Positions 29,996 through 38,935 of a stretch of 64,000 nucleotides of DNA are shown piece after piece. This DNA is from a virus (taxonomy: Duplodnaviria > Caudoviricetes). Made by a program: the position numbers and the translations under genes. The DNA is taken from IMG/VR virus record IMGVR_UViG_3300042508_000526; one strand, given 5' to 3'. Each line of letters opens with the position of its first letter. Within the stretch, counting starts at the first letter, position 1. The notes below the pieces were generated by a model that was not told where the DNA came from, searched no databases, and saw nothing but the letters and a program-made list of their open reading frames with translations.

Positions 29996-30706
29996 TTAAC
30001 AAGACAGTAAATCCGATGCCTTGAAGACAATCCGCTTTAGGCGCGGCGCATACGGCTGGAGCGACCAAGCTTCCTCGGCAACGTATGCAACAGTCACAGG
30101 GACGGCATATCCCTGAACGACCTCTTGAATTTCTCCTATGCCGCCTACTTCGGCGACGTAAAATCGAAACAAATCCATCTGTTCCCGAATTAGGGGCGAG
30201 AACTGCATCAAAAACTTGATGACTTCCGTCGCCATGAATTCGGTTTCGGCGCCGTTTTGTGCGAGACAGAACAGTGTGTGGCTGCCCTCCCACATTCCGG
30301 CATAAGTTACAGCTCCAGTATAGTCATTCTGACTTATCTTGTCACCAATACCCTGCCGTTGCCATTTCCACCCGTTTCTTTTTATTAACACTGATGGGCG
30401 CTTATCGGCTGTGTTTGGTGACCAGCGGGTAATGCTTTCGATAAGAATTCCGCCGCGATTATCGCCTGTGTCAGTGGGTTTCCATGCGCCAAGCGTCTCT
30501 ACATGGCGGCGGATGCGCGGCTCTTCAATATTGTTTGGGTCTGAAAAGTGGCCGATTAAAAGTTGCCGTAACAACCCGGTCATTACGTGCGGCCGCATAC
30601 CGTACGAGCACAGTGCGCTAACTTTATCGACACGATTTTCTGGTGCACTCCCAGCGGGAAATTGCGCTTCAACTTCCGGCGGGTTTGGCTCTTCGCAGGT
30701 ACTCAC
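29996..30706 (-). CDS. Tail completion/terminator-like protein (236 aa)
   Basis: Position between neck and sheath; RPSVLIKRNGW and YAVPVTVAY segments; GTG start. Confidence 0.55.
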   Translation of the reverse strand: MSTCEEPNPPEVEAQFPAGSAPENRVDKVSALCSYGMRPHVMTGLLRQLLIGHFSDPNNIEEPRIRRHVETLGAWKPTDTGDNRGGILIESITRWSPNTADKRPSVLIKRNGWKWQRQGIGDKISQNDYTGAVTYAGMWEGSHTLFCLAQNGAETEFMATEVIKFLMQFSPLIREQMDLFRFYVAEVGGIGEIQEVVQGYAVPVTVAYVAEEAWSLQPYAPRLKRIVFKASDLLSC

Positions 30707-30824
30707 GTAAATGATCCTTTTTGTTATCTGGGAACAGTTTATGCACTGTCCGCAGCCGTATCTTATCGAGCGTAACCTTTACTTTATCTAATACGGGCTC
30801 AGCTGCATTCTTTTTTTTAGCCAC
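30669..30824 (-). CDS. Small basic protein (51 aa), not in the ORF track
   Basis: Hand translation MAKKKNAAEPVLDKVKVTLDKIRLRTVHKLFPDNKKDHLREYLRRAKPAGS; fills an otherwise empty gap; GTG start 1 nt after the upstream stop with GAGG overlap. Confidence 0.5.
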   Translation of the reverse strand: MAKKKNAAEPVLDKVKVTLDKIRLRTVHKLFPDNKKDHLREYLRRAKPAGS

Positions 30825-30825
30825 C

Positions 30826-32127
30826 TCAAATCTCCCAGAAATCATCGGGGCTGTCGTTATTGCAGACTTTAAACTCGTCTACCGTATTTAATACTTTGCC
30901 GTCTTCCGTTGTAAGTACGAGCGGATCGCCGGTTTCGTCGGTGTCACCAAGCGGGAGTGACGGCGCCCACACACAGTCTAACGGCGCGCCCGGAGCGACG
31001 ACATTTACAAAATCGTAGTCCGGGCCGTAATCGCCAAGCTTTTCGTAAACAATAGCGTAATCGCCCGGATCTAAGTTAATAGACGTTGTCCACCGCCCGT
31101 TAGCCGTCGTAGTCGTTTTACCGAGCGCTAAGCTTTTAGACGTAGTTGTGCCGGTCTGATCGAAAACGGCTTTTGAAAATATGTAGACGCTCGCGCCGGT
31201 TATTGGGCAACCGCTTTCGTCTTTGTACGCGTAACGATCTAGCCCGCCGTAATTCTGATCAACGGGTACGGCGCCGCAACCCTCTATCGGCAACGTCGGC
31301 CCTACGCGCTCCGCAGGCTCGCCGCCAACTTCTAGCGCGTACGCCGTATTGCTGAACGGTATTAAACCCATCTTAATCTGGTAAACGATTGGGACATTTC
31401 GGATTGCGGCTGCAACCTGAATTGTTTCTACAAGCCAGCGCTCGTCGCTAGACCCGTTCACCCATATATCGTCTTTATTAATCGCGGGAAAACCAATTAC
31501 GCGCGCGGTGATATACGGGTTTTCACGCGTTACACCTTTGACCTGCGTATCTACGTCTTCCTGTATCGTTTGCGGCGAAATATCCCAGCACTGCAGCGCT
31601 AACGGCGGATGATAGCCAATTTCAAACCCGGTGCCGCTGCAGATAGGGCAGTCGGCGTCGAGTACTTCTTGCGTTAACTCGTCGCGGCAGCGGCGGCATG
31701 GCTTTCCAAACCTAAAAGGCTTTATTAGATAGCCCGGCACGGCAACATATTTAAACCGCAGCTGCTCCTTGCGAATGATTTCTCGCGCTATCACCCAGTC
31801 CCGTTCTGGGAGGTCGCCGTAGCAGTTGGCGGCCTGCGAAACATATACGTCTGTCGGCGTGGTCAGCACGACGCGGTAATGATCTAGCAGGTCGTAGCCC
31901 GCTTCTCGCCACGCCGGGTCATACGCTGCGTAACCGTTTACAACAGGCGGGCCGATATTCACCCAATCAGCAGCGTCGCGTAACCCGGTTTTGCCGAGCT
32001 GCAACTGAAACACATACGGACCCGGCGCGTTAAATTTTCGATCTAGCTGCCACCAGACGCGCGTTGAGCCGCGGACCATATGATCCACGGAAACACGGCG
32101 GAACGGGAAAACAGAAGATTGCGGCAT
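30826..32127 (-). CDS. Neck/head-closure-like protein with CxxC...CxxC finger and extra C-terminal beta domain (433 aa)
   Basis: CRRC...CPICSGTGF; ARVIGFPAINKDDIWV...RWLVETI; synteny. Confidence 0.55.
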   Translation of the reverse strand: MPQSSVFPFRRVSVDHMVRGSTRVWWQLDRKFNAPGPYVFQLQLGKTGLRDAADWVNIGPPVVNGYAAYDPAWREAGYDLLDHYRVVLTTPTDVYVSQAANCYGDLPERDWVIAREIIRKEQLRFKYVAVPGYLIKPFRFGKPCRRCRDELTQEVLDADCPICSGTGFEIGYHPPLALQCWDISPQTIQEDVDTQVKGVTRENPYITARVIGFPAINKDDIWVNGSSDERWLVETIQVAAAIRNVPIVYQIKMGLIPFSNTAYALEVGGEPAERVGPTLPIEGCGAVPVDQNYGGLDRYAYKDESGCPITGASVYIFSKAVFDQTGTTTSKSLALGKTTTTANGRWTTSINLDPGDYAIVYEKLGDYGPDYDFVNVVAPGAPLDCVWAPSLPLGDTDETGDPLVLTTEDGKVLNTVDEFKVCNNDSPDDFWEI

Positions 32128-32188
32128 GGTTATTTTTGACGTTCAGATGGGTTGAACATAACAAAATCGTGCTGATCCACACGAAACG

Positions 32189-33181
32189 TCAATAACGAAT
32201 TCTGAGCGCGTCTGTATACGCCGAGTACTTGTAGGTCGAAGAAACCTCGCCGTAGCAGTTTTCAAGGTTGATGCTGGCTTTTGTCGCGCGCACCCATTCT
32301 CGATACGCTTGCCAGCGAGCCTGTCCGGCGCGCTCGTAGCTGGACTCTTTGTTTTGATCGTTAATCGCTATTCCGGCCGCGTTGTAGTCGAGCTGATTGC
32401 GGCGGAACTGTTCCGCAACCATTAAAAACAGGTTGGCGCAAATGCCCTCTAACCAGTGATAGCGGAATGGGAACGTCTGCGTGTTGTACATCGCGTCTAG
32501 CGGCGGCGGGATCTCATTCCAGTACATAACCGGCCGAGAAATAGCCAACGCGATCTCGGCGTCATCAAACATTAAGTTATCAAGCAAAAAGCTTTCGTTC
32601 GGCGCTGAGTCGCGCAGGTGTAGCCGAATCTCGGCGATGCTGGGCGGACCACCGTATTGGTTTACGTCGCCAAATGTGCTGCGCGCAATAACGAGCGAAA
32701 ACGTATTAGAAAAGATGACGCACGGCTGCTGGCTCGTTAGCGCCGGCACACTAACCATGGCCATCTCAGCGTAGTAAACGCCCGGAACGCCCGTCATCGC
32801 AGGCGTAAGCGCCGCAGACACCTGCCCGGTTTCCGCGTTTACAATTGTCGCATCAACCTGTACCGGCGCGTTTTGATTACCTAGCGATAGCTGCTCTTTT
32901 AGCCGTAAAACGATTTTAAAGTCGTTGTCGTCAACGCAAGGCGCAAGATTTACAGGGCGACCTTCGCGGTCGTGCATTTGCCACGCAATTGTGGCGCACT
33001 GCCCCTGCGTCACCGTGACGGCCCGCATACGTGTAAGAATGGGCTGGCCATTTACTGCCGAAACTGGCGCGCTGATAACGTTTTGCGTTGCGCACGGTAC
33101 GGGCATAACTTGTTGCGCGGTAGTATTACCGTTGCAACACGGGACAATTGGATGCGCGGCAGGTGAAGCGATGACGACCAT
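32189..33181 (-). CDS. Head-tail adaptor with N-terminal BppU-like beta domain (330 aa)
   Basis: EIRLHLRD...LMFDDAEIALAI adaptor-like helices; VTQGQ...GVYYAEM N-domain. Confidence 0.6.
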   Translation of the reverse strand: MVVIASPAAHPIVPCCNGNTTAQQVMPVPCATQNVISAPVSAVNGQPILTRMRAVTVTQGQCATIAWQMHDREGRPVNLAPCVDDNDFKIVLRLKEQLSLGNQNAPVQVDATIVNAETGQVSAALTPAMTGVPGVYYAEMAMVSVPALTSQQPCVIFSNTFSLVIARSTFGDVNQYGGPPSIAEIRLHLRDSAPNESFLLDNLMFDDAEIALAISRPVMYWNEIPPPLDAMYNTQTFPFRYHWLEGICANLFLMVAEQFRRNQLDYNAAGIAINDQNKESSYERAGQARWQAYREWVRATKASINLENCYGEVSSTYKYSAYTDALRIRY

Positions 33182-33212
33182 GTAAACCTCCGTATTACAG
33201 CGTAAGTATACA

Positions 33213-33249
33213 AATAAAAACGGCTGGCCGCTTACGCAGCCAGCCGTTT
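33213..33249 (-). terminator. Rho-independent terminator ending the capsid operon
   Basis: AAACGGCTGGC-loop-GCCAGCCGTTT followed by TTATTT. Confidence 0.8.
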
Positions 33250-33274
33250 AGGAGAGTTTGACGAGGTTTAACGC

Positions 33275-33595
33275 TCAGTCCCAACCTTCCGGGGTTTTTG
33301 TGCCCAGAGTGTCGGCGTCGAGGTTCACCTGATCGATGCTGCCATCGTCTTCGTCGGTGAGGTAAACGGCCGGCGACTTCGTGATAACCAGCGTGCCGTC
33401 TTCAAGAGCGCGCTCAAGCGCCTTGAACTGCCGCTGACCACCGCGACCACCAGCGCCTACCGCGGCCACGAGATCGCCGGGAACGGTGTACGTTCCGTTG
33501 TTGGCGAGTCGCTTGCCGTGGGCACCGAGAAAACCGAACACGCGGGCGGCGCCCGACGTGTTCTTAACTGTCGTGTATAGACCGGGTACTGCCAT
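33275..33595 (-). CDS. Small virion protein (106 aa)
   Basis: Downstream of the capsid gene; GGAG RBS. Confidence 0.6.
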   Translation of the reverse strand: MAVPGLYTTVKNTSGAARVFGFLGAHGKRLANNGTYTVPGDLVAAVGAGGRGGQRQFKALERALEDGTLVITKSPAVYLTDEDDGSIDQVNLDADTLGTKTPEGWD

Positions 33596-33613
33596 TGTTA
33601 TTTACTCCATTCT

Positions 33614-34000
33614 TCAAGATGCGCTTTGCAGAGCCGCAGCGGCAGCCGCTTGCAGAGTCAGAACAGCCTGCGCGATCGCAGGTTGCTCAGCCGCAATGCC
33701 AGCTACGTCGCTGTAGGCAGCCGCTTTTTCAACTGTGCCGCCAAGGCCCGCGGCCGCAAGCATCGCGTCCAGCTGCTTGTTAGCAGCCGAGAGACCCGAC
33801 ACTTGCGCGGCCGCGGCCTTTTCTTGCTCCGCCGTGTAGAGCACATGAAGCTTGGAAGCAGCAGTCCACATCTCTGTGGCCTCGCTCTCCGAGCGCGGAG
33901 CAATTCCGTGCGCGGCAAGCTTCTCGAAGAAATACGGCGCGGCAAGTTCCGCCACGATGGTGGCATACGCTTGCTCTGCCGCCTCTTTAACGTTGTCCAT
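33614..34000 (-). CDS. Ala-rich head-associated protein (128 aa)
   Basis: AAGGAG RBS; four K-x-A motifs. Confidence 0.65.
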   Translation of the reverse strand: MDNVKEAAEQAYATIVAELAAPYFFEKLAAHGIAPRSESEATEMWTAASKLHVLYTAEQEKAAAAQVSGLSAANKQLDAMLAAAGLGGTVEKAAAYSDVAGIAAEQPAIAQAVLTLQAAAAAALQSAS

Positions 34001-34034
34001 AACGTGCTCCTTTTGGTTTAAACCTTACACGGCA

Positions 34035-34961
34035 TCACTTGAAGTCGACGCGGGCGAGACCGTTCGTATGGCCGAACGAGCCGCCGGACGTCTGATACGC
34101 AAAGTACTCAAGCATGTAAGCCTCACGACGGATGTACATCGTGGTGGGCTCCAGCTCGTAGTTCTTACCGATGAACTTCGGGCTGGCGAACATGAAGAGC
34201 GAATCGTCGGGGATCAGGTTGCGCTTGATCGTGACGATCCAACGGCAGTTGAGGAAGTTAGTTTCCGCCCAGCCGTTCTTGATGATGTCTTGCGAGAAGT
34301 CACCACCCATTTCGTCGCGACCAAACTTGAGGAGTTCCTTGATCGTGATGTTATTCACGAGGCAGGTTTCAACCTCAAAGTGACTCGGTGTCCGCGGCAT
34401 GACCTTCAGCGCGTCGACGAGCGTCTCACGGGTGATGCCACCCGAGATCTCTTCGTACTGCACCGTGTCCGACAGGGTCACTATCTGGCCGGGAGCCGTA
34501 AGAACCGCATTGAACGCCGCGATAAACTTCGAGTCCTCTTCGGCAAGCATGTCCTTGATCATGTTGTCGCTGAGAACCTGACGGATGTCGATCACGTACG
34601 TACGCAGCTCGTCGACGTCCTTCACAGCGCGGGGCGACACGATCCGGTCAAACATGACGCGGTAGCGCGGGCCACGGATGTAGAAGTTAATCGGGAGCGT
34701 CGCGAACGGAAGCGACACAGCCGCCGGGGAATCGGGTTCTTTGTCCACAACCTTAACGGGCTTGTCAGTATCAACCTGACGGTCAAGCTCGTCGTTGGTG
34801 ATGGTCAGCGGCGGCATGATCCGCCGGTAGAACCCGTCTTCACGCATCTTGGTGCGCGTGAAGTCGTTAACCGCATCGATGGCCTGCTTCTGCATGCCGG
34901 GGGTATCAAGCTGCTCAAAAAGCGTCTCGTTAAGCAGCTGGATTTCTTGCTGAGTGGGCAT
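34035..34961 (-). CDS. Major capsid protein, HK97 fold (308 aa; start moved to ATG 34961)
   Basis: REDGFYRRIMPP; IRQVLSDNMIKDMLAEEDSKFI backbone helix; follows protease, scaffold and decoration genes; GGAGG 8 nt upstream of ATG 34961. Confidence 0.85.
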   Translation of the reverse strand: MPTQQEIQLLNETLFEQLDTPGMQKQAIDAVNDFTRTKMREDGFYRRIMPPLTITNDELDRQVDTDKPVKVVDKEPDSPAAVSLPFATLPINFYIRGPRYRVMFDRIVSPRAVKDVDELRTYVIDIRQVLSDNMIKDMLAEEDSKFIAAFNAVLTAPGQIVTLSDTVQYEEISGGITRETLVDALKVMPRTPSHFEVETCLVNNITIKELLKFGRDEMGGDFSQDIIKNGWAETNFLNCRWIVTIKRNLIPDDSLFMFASPKFIGKNYELEPTTMYIRREAYMLEYFAYQTSGGSFGHTNGLARVDFK

Positions 34962-35001
34962 TTTGGGAACCTCCATGTTCCTGAATTAGTTAGGGATTAG
35001 A

Positions 35002-35589
35002 TCACGGATCAATGGTGGCTGCAGTGCCAGCCGGCAGGTACACGCACCAGAACGATAGCGTGGCCACACCGTTGTGATTCTTCGCTGCGCCGCTGGAAAC
35101 GACACCGCAAACCGGATTCACGTACTGGACAGCGTTGCTCTTGGTCAGCACACCCTCGACGGCAGCGCCGCCGGAAGTGGGAGCCGTAAGCAGGTCGCCC
35201 GGGTTATAAACCACGGCCACAGCAGGACTGCCGGACGTCTTCACGTACTCGGTGGTGGCAATTTCATAACCACCGGTAGCAACAAGACCCGACAGCTTGC
35301 CCGAGGGCGAAACCGCTTGGTGCATGAAGTTACCAGCCGCTGTGGTGCCGGGATTGCTGACGTCAGCATCCGACGAGCCGTTCAGCAAGAAAATCGCGAC
35401 GCCCGTGTTAGAAAGGCCCGGAACGAAAACGTCCTTGCCGCCCTCTTTCGAGAGATGCACGACGCGGCCGCGCGGGACATCATAAGTGACTGTGCTCAGC
35501 AGCTTGGCTGAGTAGTCGAGCGACGCCATATCGAACCAGCCCTTTTTGACGTCAAGGCCGTGTTCAAACATAAGATCGGGAGCAGGCAT
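35002..35589 (-). CDS. Capsid decoration/cement protein (195 aa)
   Basis: Immediately upstream of the MCP; beta-tulip-like GRVVHL...YNPGDLLTA...VCGVVS pattern. Confidence 0.6.
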   Translation of the reverse strand: MPAPDLMFEHGLDVKKGWFDMASLDYSAKLLSTVTYDVPRGRVVHLSKEGGKDVFVPGLSNTGVAIFLLNGSSDADVSNPGTTAAGNFMHQAVSPSGKLSGLVATGGYEIATTEYVKTSGSPAVAVVYNPGDLLTAPTSGGAAVEGVLTKSNAVQYVNPVCGVVSSGAAKNHNGVATLSFWCVYLPAGTAATIDP

Positions 35590-35645
35590 TGTTAGACCTC
35601 CGTGTCTTTAATCAATTGGAAACGTGTTCCGTGAAGGGGACGAAA

Positions 35646-36068
35646 TCAGGCAGTGGGCGGATTGAGACCAAGGCCAGTGAACAACTTCACATCGGAAGCC
35701 TTGAGGCGACCATCGCGGGCACCCACATACCCGCTCGTCAGACTGTTCGTCGGATCATAACCAGCGGTCTTTGTGGCCACCGGCGTACCGAGACGCGCCA
35801 TTTCAGCGGCGTTACGATGCGACGCTAATTTGACGACAAGTTCCATAGTGCGCACCGGATCTTGAAGCGCCGCAGCGAGCGCTTCCTTCTGGTGAGCTTC
35901 AATCCGCTCGTTATCCACGCACGCCTTTACGGCTTCGGGGATCAGGTGAGCGAGCTTTTCAGCAGCCTCATCCTGCGCCTTTTGGGCGGCGGCGGCTTTG
36001 GTCATCGCGGCATCGGAGTAACCGATGTAGTCGATGATTTTCTGTACGAGCGCGTTAGTTTCGGCCAT
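35646..36068 (-). CDS. Helical head-assembly protein (140 aa)
   Basis: Ala/Lys/Glu-rich; K-x-A motifs; GGAGG RBS. Confidence 0.6.
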   Translation of the reverse strand: MAETNALVQKIIDYIGYSDAAMTKAAAAQKAQDEAAEKLAHLIPEAVKACVDNERIEAHQKEALAAALQDPVRTMELVVKLASHRNAAEMARLGTPVATKTAGYDPTNSLTSGYVGARDGRLKASDVKLFTGLGLNPPTA

Positions 36069-36088
36069 AGTAAAAAACCTCCGTGTAA

Positions 36089-37438
36089 TCAGCGATTCAC
36101 AAGTTCAAGCACATGCTGCTTCATCATGTCCCGCAGTTCGCGCGAACGCTTTGTGCGGGCCTCTTTAACTTGAAACCGACCAGCGCGCTTGAAGTTGACA
36201 ACAGCACGACCAATCGCGTCTAAGTCTTTAGCAGCGGCAGTCTTCGGGGCTTCGGGCATCGGGGCAGCTTCGGGAGCGGGGCCGGCTTCGCCGCCCATAC
36301 CGCCACCCATGCCGCCTTCTTGCACAGCTTGCAGCAAGGCTTCGGGCGGGATGCCAAGCTCTTCAAGAGCCATCGCTAGCTCTTGCACAGCCTCGTCTTC
36401 CGACGGCTCGCCACCTTCACCAGCAGCTTCGGGCGCCATCTCGCCGCCTTCGCCGCCCATCATGGCTTCAAGACCAGCCGGAGCGCCACCAGCTTCGGCA
36501 GCCGGGGCGTCACTCATACCAGACGCAGCATCGCCCGGGGCAGAATGATCTTCGCCCTCAGCGGCTTCTTCAGTCGGATCAGCACCGGCTGTCTTAGCGT
36601 TTAAAAAACCGATGAACAGGTCAGCCATTTCATCGGCGTCGCGGAGCGTGTTAGCGCACACCTCGCGAACCGAGGCTTCAGCAGCAGCCTTGTCCATGCC
36701 AAGAGCAGCGGCAAGTTCATAGCCGGCTTTGAAAGCAGCTTCTTTGCCCGACCGCAGCGCAGCGAGATCAGAACCCTCGATCTTACCGTCGTTGTCCGTG
36801 TCGAGCTTGTGCTGATCACCCTTTAAACCGCTGCCGGAGTGCTCGGCTTTCTCCTCAGCGGGAGACTCTTTTTTTTCTTCGGCCTTTTCTTTCAGGAAAG
36901 CCGGCATCTCAGCCGCCTTCTCGTTTACAAGCTTGCCGGTACCGAAATTGATCAGGTTGGCAAGAATATCGTTACCAAGCGAAGCAGCGCGGTCACGAGC
37001 TTCCTTGAACGAGACAGACGAGTACTTCTCGCCGTCATCCGCCTTCACCGGCGAAGAAGTGCCGGGATCGTCTTTCGTGCCCTTAAAGTCTTTTTCATTG
37101 GACGGGTCTTCGCCGGTCGCCTTAGCAGTCACGCCGATGTTTGTCTGCACATCGTCTTGACGACCTTCTTGCGACATCTCCGGTGTGTTGTCGACAGAGA
37201 GAGCACCTTGCTGCTTCTTGATGTCGGACTCGTACTCAGAAGCGCGCGCACCGGTGTTAGCGTTTTGAACGCCGTTGTCGGCGCTAGTAGTCGGGTGCGA
37301 GGAGGCGCCTTGATAACCGCCCGGATCGGCAGGCACGGGGCCAGCAGATTTTTCGGCCGCCGTCTTCACGGGGCTCTGCGAGATCTCTTCGGCGAGAGCG
37401 TTAAGTTGAGCGAACAGTGAACGTTGCATCCGTGCCAT
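36089..37438 (-). CDS. Capsid scaffolding-like protein (449 aa)
   Basis: Acidic low-complexity sequence between protease and MCP; many K-x-A motifs; AAGGAG RBS. Confidence 0.65.
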   Translation of the reverse strand: MARMQRSLFAQLNALAEEISQSPVKTAAEKSAGPVPADPGGYQGASSHPTTSADNGVQNANTGARASEYESDIKKQQGALSVDNTPEMSQEGRQDDVQTNIGVTAKATGEDPSNEKDFKGTKDDPGTSSPVKADDGEKYSSVSFKEARDRAASLGNDILANLINFGTGKLVNEKAAEMPAFLKEKAEEKKESPAEEKAEHSGSGLKGDQHKLDTDNDGKIEGSDLAALRSGKEAAFKAGYELAAALGMDKAAAEASVREVCANTLRDADEMADLFIGFLNAKTAGADPTEEAAEGEDHSAPGDAASGMSDAPAAEAGGAPAGLEAMMGGEGGEMAPEAAGEGGEPSEDEAVQELAMALEELGIPPEALLQAVQEGGMGGGMGGEAGPAPEAAPMPEAPKTAAAKDLDAIGRAVVNFKRAGRFQVKEARTKRSRELRDMMKQHVLELVNR

Positions 37439-37481
37439 GACTTTCTCCTTTAGGGCCTAACCGTTTCCGATTAGCTTCCGT

Positions 37482-38933
37482 TCATGTGACATAATTTTGC
37501 AATACACAGTGGTTTGCTGTCAACCAATGATTCCCGTGTTTTTCACAAATGGCAGCATAAGCAGCAATCTTATACAGCGCGTAGTGTTGTGCAAGAGCTG
37601 TTTCAGCTGCTCCACTGGCTTGTTTATACGACGGAAACTCATCAGACTGAACACCGCGAAGAACCGCTAAATAAGCACGTTTCTCTACGTTGGTCAGTAA
37701 TACGCTATGGGTGTGTGCTAGTTTTTCTGCCCATACACGTGCACTTGGCGACGCAGCAGGAGCAGGATAGTAGGCGTTGTTTTCTAGTAGCTTAACGACA
37801 TCCGCGTCGTTGGCTAACTTCGAAAATATGTTAGGCAGCGCATTAACCACTGCACTAACAAGTCTCGCATCGGCGGTCTTTACTGTCAACGCTAAAAAGT
37901 CCCGCACAGGCAGAACTACTCCGGCGTCGGCAAGGCCGCGCAACACTTCGGATATTTTAACAGAATAGCAGGCATTTACATCAATAGGTGTTTGCACAGC
38001 CGGCGATGACGCCAGCGCCACCTGCGCCCAGCTATGCCCGGCAGTCGCTGTTTTCTCAGCCGCCGCCAGTTGTGTTAACGCCTCTAACTGCTGCTGTACC
38101 CGCGGTAAAAGCGGCTCGCCGCTGAAGTTAATAGGCGCGGTTACACCCAGCTGCTCGGCGAGTTCGGACCCGGATAGACAACCTGCTGCGGCAGCCTTGA
38201 GCTGCCCAGAGACATAAGCGATCCTGTCAGCCGGCCGGAAAACGTGAGAAATATCAAAAAACGTGGGGTTTGGGTTGTCGGCGTGCAGGACGTGCCCGTC
38301 TTCAAGCACGCGCCCCATGTTGTGCCGCAAGCCGCCGGCTTTACAGTGGCCGCCGCGCTCAACAGAGTCGCAGTACTCTGCGCGCGTCTTGGCTTTGTTT
38401 CCGCACGACGAGCACTTATCGAATGGAATCTTGCAGGCCATGGACACAGCGATGTCGTCGCCCTTAGCCAGCTTTTCTAGTTCCTTGTCGGCAATAAGTC
38501 CGCCGTTTCGATCCGCCGCTTCTTTACTTCCGTTTAGAGCGACGACTAACTCAATTCGCTTCATCGGCTCGTGGTACGCCGACGCTTTTACTAAGCCGAA
38601 AGACTTTGCCGGGTTCTTATTGGCGTGGTCGCGATAGAACCGCGCAAACTTCTCAAACGTTTGGTGGTAGTTACGGCAACAATCGCGCGTAAATCCGTCA
38701 CCGTTTCGGTTCGGTCCGTAGTCCTCAGTAGCGCCGATGGCGATCATATGCACCGGCACTTCGTCTTTGGCAAACTTGATGTTCTCAAGTTTATGCGCAA
38801 ATTCAGCGCCGGCGCGCTTAACAAGCTCTTGGCGATCAGTGCCGATAATGCCGCGGCTTGATACTTTTATCAAAGCGGCTACGGGCTCGCTAAAATCCTG
38901 CGCATGCGGTTGAATGACTTTAATCATGCTCAT
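37482..38933 (-). CDS. Prohead maturation protease (HK97/assemblin-type) with Cys-rich insert (483 aa)
   Basis: GPNRNGDGF; FYRDH (His); VSMAC (Ser); FFDISHVFRPADRIA; CSSC...YC...HC insert. Confidence 0.8.
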   Translation of the reverse strand: MSMIKVIQPHAQDFSEPVAALIKVSSRGIIGTDRQELVKRAGAEFAHKLENIKFAKDEVPVHMIAIGATEDYGPNRNGDGFTRDCCRNYHQTFEKFARFYRDHANKNPAKSFGLVKASAYHEPMKRIELVVALNGSKEAADRNGGLIADKELEKLAKGDDIAVSMACKIPFDKCSSCGNKAKTRAEYCDSVERGGHCKAGGLRHNMGRVLEDGHVLHADNPNPTFFDISHVFRPADRIAYVSGQLKAAAAGCLSGSELAEQLGVTAPINFSGEPLLPRVQQQLEALTQLAAAEKTATAGHSWAQVALASSPAVQTPIDVNACYSVKISEVLRGLADAGVVLPVRDFLALTVKTADARLVSAVVNALPNIFSKLANDADVVKLLENNAYYPAPAASPSARVWAEKLAHTHSVLLTNVEKRAYLAVLRGVQSDEFPSYKQASGAAETALAQHYALYKIAAYAAICEKHGNHWLTANHCVLQNYVT

Positions 38934-38935
38934 AG

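Noticed and set aside
488-30706. Reading the tail cluster as an eCIS, tailocin or T6SS
   Set aside because: Capsid, scaffold, prohead protease, neck and a long tape measure are present, so this is a phage.
33852-35000. 382-aa plus-strand ORF (likewise 42450-43235, 52133-52810 and the other plus-strand ORFs)
   Set aside because: They overlap well-supported minus-strand genes; all credible genes are co-oriented on the minus strand.
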